Origin: an uncultured Actinomycetota bacterium
Lineage (GTDB): Bacteria; Actinomycetota; Actinomycetes; Mycobacteriales; Jatrophihabitantaceae
Assembly: GCA_963713565.1 (NCBI GenBank)
Contig: CAVQMF010000003.1
Location: 298,882 to 362,881 of the forward strand
Length of the DNA: 64,000 nucleotides
Direction of reading: 5' to 3'
Positions 9,468 through 19,641 of this stretch are shown one piece after another. Position numbers and translations under genes: made by a program. Every line of letters begins with the position of its first letter. Within the stretch, counting starts at the first letter, position 1. The notes below the pieces were generated by a model. The model ran no database searches. It had not been told where the DNA came from and saw only the letters and a list, made by a program, of their open reading frames with translations.

Positions 9468-10334
9468 TCACGCGAGGCCGCGGATCGCGCGGCGCGGTGA
9501 TTGATGTCCCAACACGACGGAGATCATGTCAACCGTCTCGCGGGTCTCGCGGATATTGTGCGCGCGGAACACCCGCGCCCCCCAGGCCGACGTCAGCGCG
9601 GTGACCGCCAACGTTGCGGTCAGCCGCTCGTCGAGCGGCACGTCCAGCGATTCGCCGACGAAGTCCTTGTTCGACACGGACATCAGCACGGGCCACCCGG
9701 TGTCGACCAGCCGCGGGACGAGACGGGTCGCGGCCAGCGAGTGCCAGGTGTTCTTCCCGAAGTCGTGCCCGGGGTCGATGACGACGCGGTCACGATCCAC
9801 GCCGCACGCCACCGCCCGATCTGCCAGCCCCAGCACCGTCGCGAGGATGTGCTCGTCGATGTCGTCGTAGCGGATCCGGTGCGGACGGGTCCGCGGCGCG
9901 ACGCCGCCGGCATGCGTGCAGACGATGCCCGCGTCGAACTGCGCGGCTACCTCGGCGAGCCCTGGGTCGACGCCGCCCCAGGCATCGTTGAGCACGTCCG
10001 CGCCCGCCCGGCAGACCTCCCGGCCGACTTCGGCGCGCCAGGTGTCCACGCTGATCACCAACCGGGGATAGGCCGCGCGTACCGCCGCGACGAATTCGAC
10101 GACTCGATCGATCTCCTGAGCGGCAGTGACCTCGGTGCCGGGGGCGGCCTTTACGCCGCCCACGTCGACCATGTCGGCGCCCGCGGCGACCACGTCGTGC
10201 ACACGCTGCATCGCGAGCTCCCGGTCAAACGTCGCGCCGCGGTCGTAGAACGAGTCGGGGGTGCGGTTCACGATCGCCATCACGACCCGTTCGTCCCGGC
10301 CGAACTCGCGCGGGCCCCAGCGCAGGACGCTCAC
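9468..10334 (-). CDS. folP2: Dihydropteroate synthase-like protein (FolP2 type)
   Basis: VMAIVNRTPDSFYDRG, DPGHDFGKNTWHSL, SNKDFVGE, VFRAH; GTGA overlap with gpgS. Confidence 0.9.
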   Translation of the reverse strand: MSVLRWGPREFGRDERVVMAIVNRTPDSFYDRGATFDRELAMQRVHDVVAAGADMVDVGGVKAAPGTEVTAAQEIDRVVEFVAAVRAAYPRLVISVDTWRAEVGREVCRAGADVLNDAWGGVDPGLAEVAAQFDAGIVCTHAGGVAPRTRPHRIRYDDIDEHILATVLGLADRAVACGVDRDRVVIDPGHDFGKNTWHSLAATRLVPRLVDTGWPVLMSVSNKDFVGESLDVPLDERLTATLAVTALTSAWGARVFRAHNIRETRETVDMISVVLGHQSPRRAIRGLA

Positions 10335-11272
10335 GGGCGGTACTCCTTGACGGAGGCAGCAGCTGGGCGCTGGGCCACCGGGACCCTTCGTTCGCGCCAC
10401 TGCGGATCGGCGTCGCGGCTGAACTGCCACAGGCTCGGTCCGGTCGCGATGCCAGCGTCGGTGTGGGCGCGGCGGGCCGCCGTCAGCTGAATCTCCGCAG
10501 CCATCACACCGAGATCGTGTTCCTGCTGGTGCACGTGTGCGCGGGCACCGAGGTCCACCTGCGCGATGCCGGCCAGCCCGGCGCTCGCGTACATGTCCAG
10601 CAGGGCCGCGATCTCTACGCCGTACCCCACCGGCACCTCGATCGACTCGAAGATCGACCGGCGGATCGCCCACTCGCCGGCCAGCGGCTGCACCACCGCG
10701 GCCAGCTCCGGCCAATACAGATTGAGCAGCGGCCGCGCGACGAGCTCGGTCACACGCCCACCGGCAACGGACTGCCTGCCACTGCCGTCATCGAGGAGCC
10801 GGTCGTAGAAGCCCTTGACGAGCCCGACGCGCGGATCGGTGAGCAGCGGGCCGAGCAGGCCGGTGACGAAGTGCGTGCCCCAGTGCGTGAGGTCGGCGTC
10901 GACGAAGACCAGCACGTCCCCGCGGGTGACGAACAGCGACTTCCACAGTGCCTCGCCCTTGCCCGGAAAGCCGCCGAGGTCGGGCCGGATCTCGCGTACC
11001 GCGTGCACCGTCGCCCCGGCCGCGGCCGCGACCTGCGCGGTCCGGTCTCGTGAGTCCGAGTCCATCACCACGAGCTCGTCGACGAGCGGCACCCGTTCCA
11101 CGAGATCGCGCCGGATGCCTGCGACGATGCCCCCGATCGTCGCGTCCTCGTCCCGCGCGGGGACGACGACGCTGATGCGCTGTGCACCCTTGCGCGCCAG
11201 CAGCCGCGACGCGTCCCAGTCGTCCCACCGCGTGGTCGCTCGACGGAACCACACATCGGCGGCGGGAAGCAC
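10331..11272 (-). CDS. gpgS: Glucosyl-3-phosphoglycerate synthase
   Basis: GKGEALWKSL, FVDAD, GGRVTELVARPLL, QPLAGEWA, GYGVE. Confidence 0.9.
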   Translation of the reverse strand: MLPAADVWFRRATTRWDDWDASRLLARKGAQRISVVVPARDEDATIGGIVAGIRRDLVERVPLVDELVVMDSDSRDRTAQVAAAAGATVHAVREIRPDLGGFPGKGEALWKSLFVTRGDVLVFVDADLTHWGTHFVTGLLGPLLTDPRVGLVKGFYDRLLDDGSGRQSVAGGRVTELVARPLLNLYWPELAAVVQPLAGEWAIRRSIFESIEVPVGYGVEIAALLDMYASAGLAGIAQVDLGARAHVHQQEHDLGVMAAEIQLTAARRAHTDAGIATGPSLWQFSRDADPQWRERRVPVAQRPAAASVKEYRP

Positions 11273-11337
11273 TCTCGAGACGTTAGTCCGGTGTCCGATG
11301 GCGGGCTCGCCCCGCGCCCGCGAGTGCGTGGCGCCGA

Positions 11338-12096
11338 TCAGGGCATCGGTGCCATGGCGGTCTGCCCGCCGTCGACGGTGATAGTGGATCCGGTGAGGAA
11401 GTCGGGAGCGTCGACCACGAGGTAGCGGATGACGTCGGCGATCTCGTCCGGACGGCCGGCCCGGCCCAGCGGGTTAACCCGGGCGAGCTGCTCGGCCGTG
11501 GCGCCGGCGAGGTGCGCGGCCGTCATGGGCGTCAGCACCCAGCCGGGCGCGACCGCATTGGCGGTCACTCCGCAGCCGGCGAGGTCGACCGCGAGCGAGC
11601 GCGCGACGCTGATGATCGCCGCCTTCGCGGCGCTGTACGCGACGGAGCAGGGCTCGGAATGCACGCCGTTCACCGACGAGATCAATACGATCCGACCGCG
11701 CGCGGCGCGGGCCATGTGCCGCGCCGCGGCTGCGGCGCACAGGACAGCGCCGCGTACGTGCACGTCCGTCGTCGCGTCCCATGTCTGCTCGGTCAGCTCC
11801 CGGACCCCGACCAGCTCGTACGCCCCGGCGCAGGCGACCAGGGCGTCAATGGCCCCGAAGCGGTCGACATGAGCCTCGACCACGCCGGCGGGCGCGTCCG
11901 GTTCACCGAGGTCGGCGATCTGAACTGCGACCGGGCGGCCGTGGTCGGTTGCGATCTGCTCCGCGGCGGCGTCGAGGACGTCGGCCCGGCGTCCGACGAT
12001 CGTCACGTCGAGACCTGCCCGGCTGAGGGCGACGGCGGTGGCGAACCCGATCCCGCTGCTGCCGCCGGTGATCAGTGCACTACGGCGCTGCGGCAT
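11338..12096 (-). CDS. SDR family oxidoreductase
   Basis: TGGSSGIG, YSAAK, NAVAPGW. Confidence 0.92.
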   Translation of the reverse strand: MPQRRSALITGGSSGIGFATAVALSRAGLDVTIVGRRADVLDAAAEQIATDHGRPVAVQIADLGEPDAPAGVVEAHVDRFGAIDALVACAGAYELVGVRELTEQTWDATTDVHVRGAVLCAAAAARHMARAARGRIVLISSVNGVHSEPCSVAYSAAKAAIISVARSLAVDLAGCGVTANAVAPGWVLTPMTAAHLAGATAEQLARVNPLGRAGRPDEIADVIRYLVVDAPDFLTGSTITVDGGQTAMAPMP

Positions 12097-12146
12097 TGTG
12101 GCTCCTGCAGTTCGGTCACGGCGGTGCGGAGGCGGGCGCCGCCACG

Positions 12147-12807
12147 CTAACCGGCGCGAGCCATGTCGAGCGAGTGGGCGCCGCGGCGCGCCTTCGTCGC
12201 CAGATAGCCCTCGTTCGCCGCGGACAGGTGCACCAGCGTCGACACCCGCTCGGTCACGGTGATCCCGAGACGGGTCAGCTGCTCGGCCTTGTCCGGGTTG
12301 TTGCTCAGCAGCGCGATCCGGGTCGGCGCCCAGCGCGTGCAGCATCTGCGCGGCGACGGTGTAGTCGCGCTCGTCGGCCGCCGTGGCCGAGCGCGAGGTT
12401 CGCCTCGTAGGTGTCCAGGCCGGCGTCCTGCAGCGCGTACGCGTCGAGCTTGGCGTATAGGCCGATCCCGCGTCCCTCCTGCCGCAGGTAGAGCAGGTAG
12501 CCCCCGGCGTCGGCGATGCGCTCGACCGCCTCGCGCAGCTGCGGGCCGCAGTCGCAGCGCTGGCTGCCGAACACGTCGCCGGTGAGGCACTCGCTGTGCG
12601 GGCGGACCAGCGGCACCGCCGCCGGCCGGTCGAGCGGGGCCGACGGGTCGACGCGGTCGCCGAGCCCGAAGGCCAGATGCTCGCGCCCGTCGACCAGCCC
12701 GTTGAACGTGAACACGCGCGCGGACGTGGCGTACCCGTCGGCGAAGCGGAGCGGCACCGCACCTGGGTGCGGATCGTCGCGCGCGGCAGCGGGTCTGCTG
12801 CGTCCAT
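12147..12807 (-). CDS. ribA: GTP cyclohydrolase II, frameshifted
   Basis: [52 protein letters not shown]; about three frameshifts. Confidence 0.9.
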
Positions 12808-12815
12808 GATCGGCC

Positions 12816-13511
12816 TCACTCCGCGCAGAACCGCGAGGAGAGGGCGTAACGCAGCAGCACGACGTCACCGATCTGGCGCACCTCGGCGAGCGTCGCGCGC
12901 CGGTCGCGGGTTCCACGGGAACAGGCCGTCGCTGACGAACCGGCGGGCCCGCGAGTCGCCGACGAAGAACGGCGCGACCACGAGGTGCAGCTCGTCGGCG
13001 AGGTCGGCGGTCAGGAACTGGGTGTGCACGCGTCCCGCCGCCCTCGACCATCAGCCGCTGCACGCCGCGCGCGTCCAGGTCCTCGCTGATCCGCTGCATG
13101 TCGACCGGTTCACCGCCGTCGACGACGGTCGCCACCGACCCGAGCCGGTCACGGGCCGCGTTCCACAGTCAGGCTCGCGCAGTAGACGAGCTTCTCGGCC
13201 TCGCCCGTGACGAAGAAGTCCGCGCACGCGTCGAGCTGGCCGCGTCGGGTCACGGTGACCTTCATCGGCGACGGGCACTGGCCGCGCGCCCGTCGCTCGG
13301 CGCGTCGGGCCGGCGAGCGCACGAGCAGCCGCGGGTTGTCGTTGCGGACGGTGGCCGCGCCGACGAGGATCGCGTCGCAGGTCGCGCGCACGGCGTCGAC
13401 CCGGTCGAAGTCGGCGTCGTTGGACAACGGCAGCCGCTTCACGGTCGCGCTGTCGAGGTAGCCGTCGATGGACATGCCGCAGCTGAGCAGCGTGTACGGA
13501 CGGTCAGCCAT
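12816..13511 (-). CDS. RibD C-terminal-like reductase, frameshifted
   Basis: [36 protein letters not shown]. Confidence 0.85.
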
Positions 13512-14553
13512 GGCCGGCACCTTCCGAACGGGCACCCACCGACGCCAGCGCGCGATGGTCGGCACCCGCGAATCGCACACGGGGAACCTCTTCCCCGCTG
13601 GTGTGCCCATTTCGAGCACCGGTATCGCGCTGACCAGTGGAGTGGACGCGCGGCGCCGCAACCAGTCCGCGACCAGCACGAGCGGCACCGGGCAGGCAGG
13701 CGACCAGCACGATCACGCCGTACACGGTCGCGGCGGCGACGCCCTGGTCGGCGCCGAGCCCGGCGGCACCGAACAGCCACGCCGCCACGCCCTCGCGTGG
13801 GCCCCACCCGCCGATGTTCGTCGGCACGGCCATCGCCAGCAGCACGAGCATCGCCAGCGGCAGCATCCGCAGCGGCGACGCGGTGGTGCCGGCGGTCCGC
13901 GCGGCGATCAGGAACGTCGCCGCGTGGCCGGCGACGACCACGATCGACGCGACGGCGACGCCCGGCCATGCCTGTCGGGCGAGCAGCCCGTCGCGGACGT
14001 CGCGCGCGCACGGTCCGCGACCATCGACACGGACTACGGCGGCAGTGCCCGAGCCAGCGACCACCGCGGCGAGGACGGCTGCCGCAACGGCGGCGGCGAC
14101 GACGGGCATCGACGAGCGCACCGGCGACGGCGAGCGCGAGCAGCACGACCAGCGCGAGCGTGATCTGCACGACCTGCCCGGCGATGCGCTCCCACGCGAC
14201 CGCGCGCAGCCCCCGACTCACGTCGCCGGCATCCCGGCCGTGTCGAACGCCGCGGTGCACGTCGCCCAGCACGCCGCCGGGCAGTGCGGTGTTGAGGAAC
14301 TGGGAGCGGTAGTACGACGCGGTCGCCGCAGTCAGCGACACGCCCGACGCCCAGGCCGCGCGGCGACCAGCCGCCATCGCCATGCCGCTGCACACCGTGG
14401 TGACGAGCGTGACCGCGGCCGCGCCGCCAGCGACGGAGCCGTCGATCCGGTCGATGCCCTCGAGGAACGGGCCGGTGCCCAGGCGCCAAACGAGCACGGC
14501 CAGGATCGCGACGCCGCCGGCAGGCGCGCCACCGACCACAGTCCTGCGCTCAT
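13504..14553 (-). CDS. Lysylphosphatidylglycerol synthase TM / flippase-like protein, frameshifted
   Basis: YYRSQFLNTALPGGVLGDVHR, WERIAGQ, PTNIGGWGPREG. Confidence 0.85.
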
Positions 14554-14648
14554 CTGCGTCCCTGGCCCCTTCGACGGCTCGGCCACCAGCTCCGGCGTCC
14601 GGTGCGAACCGCTCTGTCGACAGATACGCACGTGGGGGTGGGTTGCGT

Positions 14649-15711
14649 TCATCCGGGCGGACCGGAAACGCGGTGGAGGACCTGCATCAGCCGCGCCGTG
14701 GTCGCCTGCCACCCGGTCAGCGTCCGGCGCCGGTCGCACGCGGCGCCGCGGAGTTCCTGCCGCAGCTGCGGATCACGCAGCCAGGTCGCGAGCGCGGCCG
14801 CGAGGCCACCGGGGTCGATGCGCCGGGACCAGCAGGCCGGGCAGCCGGCCGTCCGGCGTGCGGCCGAGCGCCTCGGGCAGGCCGCCGACCTCGGCCGCCA
14901 CGACCGGCAGCCCGCGCGCGAGCGCCTCGGTGACGACCATGCCGTACGTCTCCGCGCGGGACGCGAGCACCAGGAGGTCCGCGGCGGCGTACGAACGGTC
15001 GAGGTCGCCGCCGGTCAGCGCCCCGGTGAAGCGCACCCGCTCGCTGATGCCGGCACCCGCGGCTTGGGCGCGCAGCCGAGCGACGAAGCTGGGATCGCGG
15101 TCGAGGGCGCCGACGCAGACGCACCGCCACCGCAGGTCGGCGAGGTCCGCCAGCGCAGCGAGCAGCACGTCGTGGCCCTTGTGCGGTGTCACCGCGGCGA
15201 CGCAGAGCAGCTGACCGCCGTCGGGTGTGCCGGGGGCGAGGGCCGCAGTGTCGACTCCGGGTCGTGCGACGTGGACGGCGTCCGGGTCCAGCGCATACCG
15301 CTCCACCAGACGCTTGCGCGGTCCACGCACTCGTGGTGACCACGGCCCGGCCGCGGACAGCACCGCGCCCTCGCTGGCCCGGCCGGGGCCGGCGGCGGTT
15401 CCCAGCGGCATGTGGACGAGCACCACCAGCCGCAGCCGCCGCGCCGCGGGCACCAGCACCGAGCCCGCCGCCGAGGCGATCAGCCCGTCGACCAGCACGG
15501 TCGCGCCGTCCGGAATGCCGGCGATCACGCCGCGCCAGCGCGTCCATCGCGCCCCGGGTCCGGGGCCGGCCACGAGCCGGCCACGGCGTGCTCGCGCACG
15601 GTCCACCCGCAGCGCCGCAGCCCGTCGCAGACCCGCCGGTCGTAGGCGTTGCCGCCGCTCGGCCGCGCCGGATCGTCGATGCCGTCCGGGACGACGACGT
15701 GCACGGTTCAC
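14649..15711 (-). CDS. Glycosyltransferase family 4, frameshifted
   Basis: [41 protein letters not shown]. Confidence 0.9.
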
Positions 15712-16104
15712 AGCGGCCGCTCGTAGCTCGCCCACGCGACGTGCGACTCGTGCAGGGTGACCGCGATCCCGGCCACCCACGCGCCTCTCGCCGAGCGCGC
15801 CGGCGTGGATCCGCTCGGCCAGCCGGTCGGCGATCACCTGGGCCAGCGCCTCGGTGGAGGTGTTCACGCCGGCGAACGCCGGCTCGTCGTCGAGGTTGCG
15901 GTAGCTCAGCTCGCCGAGGACCGCGTGCAGCTCCTCGGCGGCCCGCCCGATGTCGACCACGATGTTGTCCGCGTCGAGCGACTCGCGCCGGAACGTCGCG
16001 TCGACGACGTAGGTCGCGCCGTGCAGGCGCTGCGCGGGTCCGAAGACCTGTCCCCGGAAGCTGTGGGCGATCATCATGTGATCGCGGACCGTCACGCTGA
16101 ACAC
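15708..16104 (-). CDS. QueD/6-pyruvoyl-tetrahydropterin synthase family protein (PTPS-IV type), frameshifted near the C-terminus
   Basis: [46 protein letters not shown]. Confidence 0.88.
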
Positions 16105-16108
16105 CACA

Positions 16109-17104
16109 TCATCCTTCGCGGTAGGTGATGGTGTGGCACAGCGCGGGCAGGCGACCCGTCGGCGAGCCGCGCCATCACCTCGGGCAGCTCGTCGAACCGC
16201 GACGACCCGGTGAGCAGCGCGTCGAAGGCCGGGTCGCGCAGCAGGTCGAGCGCGAGCGCGAGCCGGTCGGACGGCGTCCGGCGTGCCGCGGCGCGCCGGT
16301 GCCACCCGGCCGACCTGGCTGGCCCGGATGCCGAGCCGCCGCGAGTGGAACGCGCCGCCGAGCGAGAGCGTGACGTCCGCGTCGCCGTACCAGCTGAGCT
16401 CGATCACCGTCGCCCTCGGGCCCGAGCAGGTCGAGCGACGCTGCAGCCCGGCCGACGTCGCGCTGCGTGTGGACGACGAGGTCGCAGCCGCCCGTCGGCG
16501 TCGGTCGGGCAACGCGAAGTCGACGCCGAGCGCGGCGGCGACGTCGGCCCGGCCGGGTCGACGTCGACCAGGGTGACCTGCGTGCCCGGGAATCCGGGCC
16601 AGCAGCCGCGCGACGCAGCAGCCGACCATGCCGGCGCCGACGACGGCGATCCGGTCGCCGACCAGCGGTGCGGCAGTCCCACAGCGCGTTGACCGCGGTC
16701 TCGACGGTGCCGGCGAGCACGGCCCGCGCCGGCGGCACGTCGTCCGGCACGACGACGACCGCGCCGCCGGCACGACGTAGCGCGGTCTGGTGCGGATAGA
16801 GGCAGAAGACGGTCCGGCCGCGCAGGTCGGGCGGCCCCTGCTCGACGACGCCGACGTTGAGGTAGCCGTACTTGACCGGCGCCGGGAAAGTCGCCCTCCT
16901 GGAACGGCGCGCGCATGGTCGCGTACTGGCTCGGCGGGACGCCGCCGCGGAAGACCAGCGTCTCGGTGCCGCGGCTGACGCCGGAGCGCAGCGTGCGCAC
17001 CAGCACGTCGTCCGGCCCGGCTCGGCCAGCGCGACCGGCCGGATCTCGCCCACGCCGGGCTCGCGCAGCCAGAACGCGAGCGCGTCACGCGACACCGGCC
17101 TCAT
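16109..17104 (-). CDS. Zinc-binding (MDR) alcohol dehydrogenase-like protein, frameshifted
   Basis: [46 protein letters not shown]. Confidence 0.85.
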
Positions 17105-17196
17105 CCGCCTCTGGACCCGAAGTTGTGAACGTTACCCACGAATTCGTCGTACTAGTCGATGTATGCCATGGACACGGGAGTCGACACGGAGGCACG

Positions 17197-17935
17197 GTGC
17201 GCATGGTTCGAACCGGCCCGGTCGTCGGGCTGATCGCCCAGGTGGCGCTGCTCGCCGTGCTCGCCGGGACTGTGGGCTGAGCGCCGCCGGCTGGCTCGTC
17301 GGCCTCGCCTGCGCAGTGATCACGAACGCGGCTCTGACGCGCGCGCTCGCGCGAGCCGGCACGATCGGGCTGGGCCCGGCCGACCGGGTGACGCTGATCC
17401 GCGCGACCCTCGTCGGCGGCGTCGCCGCGCTGGTCGCCGACTCGTTCGGGCGACCGTTGCAGCTCGTCGCTGGTCGTCGTCCTAGCGGTCGTCGCGCTCG
17501 TCCTCGACGCGGTCGACGGCTGGGTCGCCCGGCGTACCGGCACGTCGTCGGCGCTCGGCGCGCGCTTCGACATGGAGGTCGACGCGTTCCTGATCTTCGT
17601 GCTCAGCGTGTACGTCGCCCGGTCGGTCGGGGCCTGGGTGCTGGCGATCGGCGCTGGCCCGCTACGTGTACGTCGCGGCCGGCTGGCTGCTGCCGTGGCT
17701 GCGCGAGCCGGTGCCGCCGCGGTACTGGCGCAAGGTCGTCGCCGCGACCAGGGCATCGTGCTGACCGTCGCCGCGTCGCGGGCGTGCTGCCCGCTGGCGT
17801 CGTCGACGTCGCGCTCGTGGGTCGCTCTCGCGCTGCTCGCCGAGTCGTTCGGCCGCGACGTGTGGTGGCTGTGGCGTCGGCGCGCGGTCCAGACCGCGCC
17901 CGAGCGACGAACCCGGACTCGCTACGCGAGCTCCG
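17197..17935 (+). CDS. CDP-alcohol phosphatidyltransferase family protein, frameshifted
   Basis: GPADRVTLIR and LDAVDGWVARRTGTSSALGARFDMEVD signature; 3' end approximate. Confidence 0.85.
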
Positions 17936-19581
17936 GTGGCCGGACTTCGGCGCCCAGGTGCGGACTGTCGCCGGCTGGACTGTTGACCGCGGTGCGCGTT
18001 CGCGCTGGTCTGGTTCGCGCTCGTCGTCGCCGAACCAGCTCAACGGCCTCACGCCCGGCGCGTTCCTGCGCATCCCGCTCGAGGGCGCTGGTCGTCCTGG
18101 CCGTCTGCCTCGTCGCTGCCGGTCGTGGGCGCGGCGGATCCTGGCCGTCGGTCGTCGGCGTGCTGCTCGGGCTGCTCGCGTCGTGAAGATCCTCGACATG
18201 GGCTTCTACGCGACGCTCGACCGGCCGTTCAACCCGGTCACCGACTGGGCTAACTTCGGCCCGGCGTCGGCGTGCTGCGCGACTCGGTCGGCCCGAGCTG
18301 GGCGACCGTCGCGGTGGTCGGCGCGGTAATTCTCGCGCTCGCTGCGATCATCGTGCATGCCGCTGTCGGTGCTGCGCCTGACCCGGCTCACCAGTCGGCA
18401 CCGCGGCGTCTCGGCGCGGACGGTGACGGCACTCGGTGTGGTCTGGGTCGCTGTGTGCGGTCTTCGGCGTCCAGATCGTCGCCGGGCGCACCGGTCGCGT
18501 CCACCAGCGCAGCCGGGCTGGCCTACGACCAGGTCGGCCAGGTCCGCGCCGCGATCCGGACCAGCAGACGTTCGGCGCGGTGCGCTCGCCGGGTCCGACA
18601 GCCAGCGCGGCACGCGTGCTGCGGACCTGCTCACCGGGCTGCGCGGCAAGGACGTGATCGTGGTGTTCGTCGAGAGCTACGGCCGGGTCGCGGTCCAGGG
18701 TTCGGCCTTCTCGCCGCAGGTCGATGCCGTGCTCGACGCCGGCACCGACACGCTGCGCGCCGCCGGGTTCTCGTCCCGCAGCGCGTTCCTGACCTCGCCG
18801 ACGTTCGGCGGCGATCAGCTGGCTGGCCCACTCCACGCTGCAGTCCGGGCTGTGGATCGACAACCAGCAGCGCTACAACCAGCTCGTCGCGAGCGACCGG
18901 TTCACGCTCAGCGACGCGTTCAAGCGCGCCGGCTGGCGCACCGTCGGCGACGTGCCGTCGAACACACGGACTGGCCAGAGGGCACGTCGTTCTACCACTA
19001 CGACCAGCTCTACGACGCGCACAACGTCGGCTACGCAGGCCCGAGGTTCAGCTACGCGCGCATGCCCGACCAGTACATCCTGTCGGCCTTCCAGCGCCTG
19101 GAGCTGGCGAAGCCGAACCGCCCGCCGGTGATGGCGGAGATCGATCTCGTGTCCTCGCACACGCCGTGGGCGCCGCTGCCGCGGATGGTCGACTGGGACG
19201 AGGTCGGCGACGGCTCGGTCTTCGACGGCATGCCCGCGCAGGGCCAGTCGCCCGAGCGTCGTGTGGCAGCACGCGAGCAGGTCCGGGCCGCGTACGGGCA
19301 GTCGATCGAGTACTCGCTGAACGCGCTGATCTCGTTCGTGCAGACCTATCCGCGACAAGAACCTCGTGCTCGTCGTGCTCGGCGACCACCAGCCGGCCAC
19401 GATCGTCAGCGGCGCAGGCGCGAGCCACGACGTTCCCATCTCGATCATCGCGCACGATCCGGCCGTGATGGGCCGGATCGCCTCGTGGGGCTGGCAGGAC
19501 GGCCTGCGGCCGGGCCCGCACGCGCCGGTGTGGCCGATGGACGCGTTCCGCGACCGGTTCCTCGACGCGTACAACCGCTAG
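17936..19581 (+). CDS. Membrane-anchored sulfatase/alkaline-phosphatase-superfamily (LtaS/EptA-like) protein, frameshifted
   Basis: TMs then FVESYG, SPTFGG..WLAHSTL, MPDQY, SSHTPW, LGDHQP; start approximate. Confidence 0.8.
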
Positions 19582-19641
19582 CCGCACCGCGCGCCGGAGC
19601 GGCTGGTGCCCAACAGCGGCACGCGGTGTGAGGATCGTTGC

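Noticed and set aside
11338-12819. 493-aa ORF suggesting a RibA-SDR fusion
   Set aside because: The N-terminal part is mostly off-frame ribA sequence; the SDR has its own RBS and ATG at 12096.
14773-17088. 771-aa apparent dehydrogenase-QueD-glycosyltransferase fusion
   Set aside because: It is an artefact of frameshifts stitching three genes together; separate starts and stops are recognisable.
12121-19590. 9-bp inverted repeat flanking the pterin cluster (GCGGTGCGG/CCGCACCGC)
   Set aside because: Too short and GC-rich to be significant; no transposase or target duplication.
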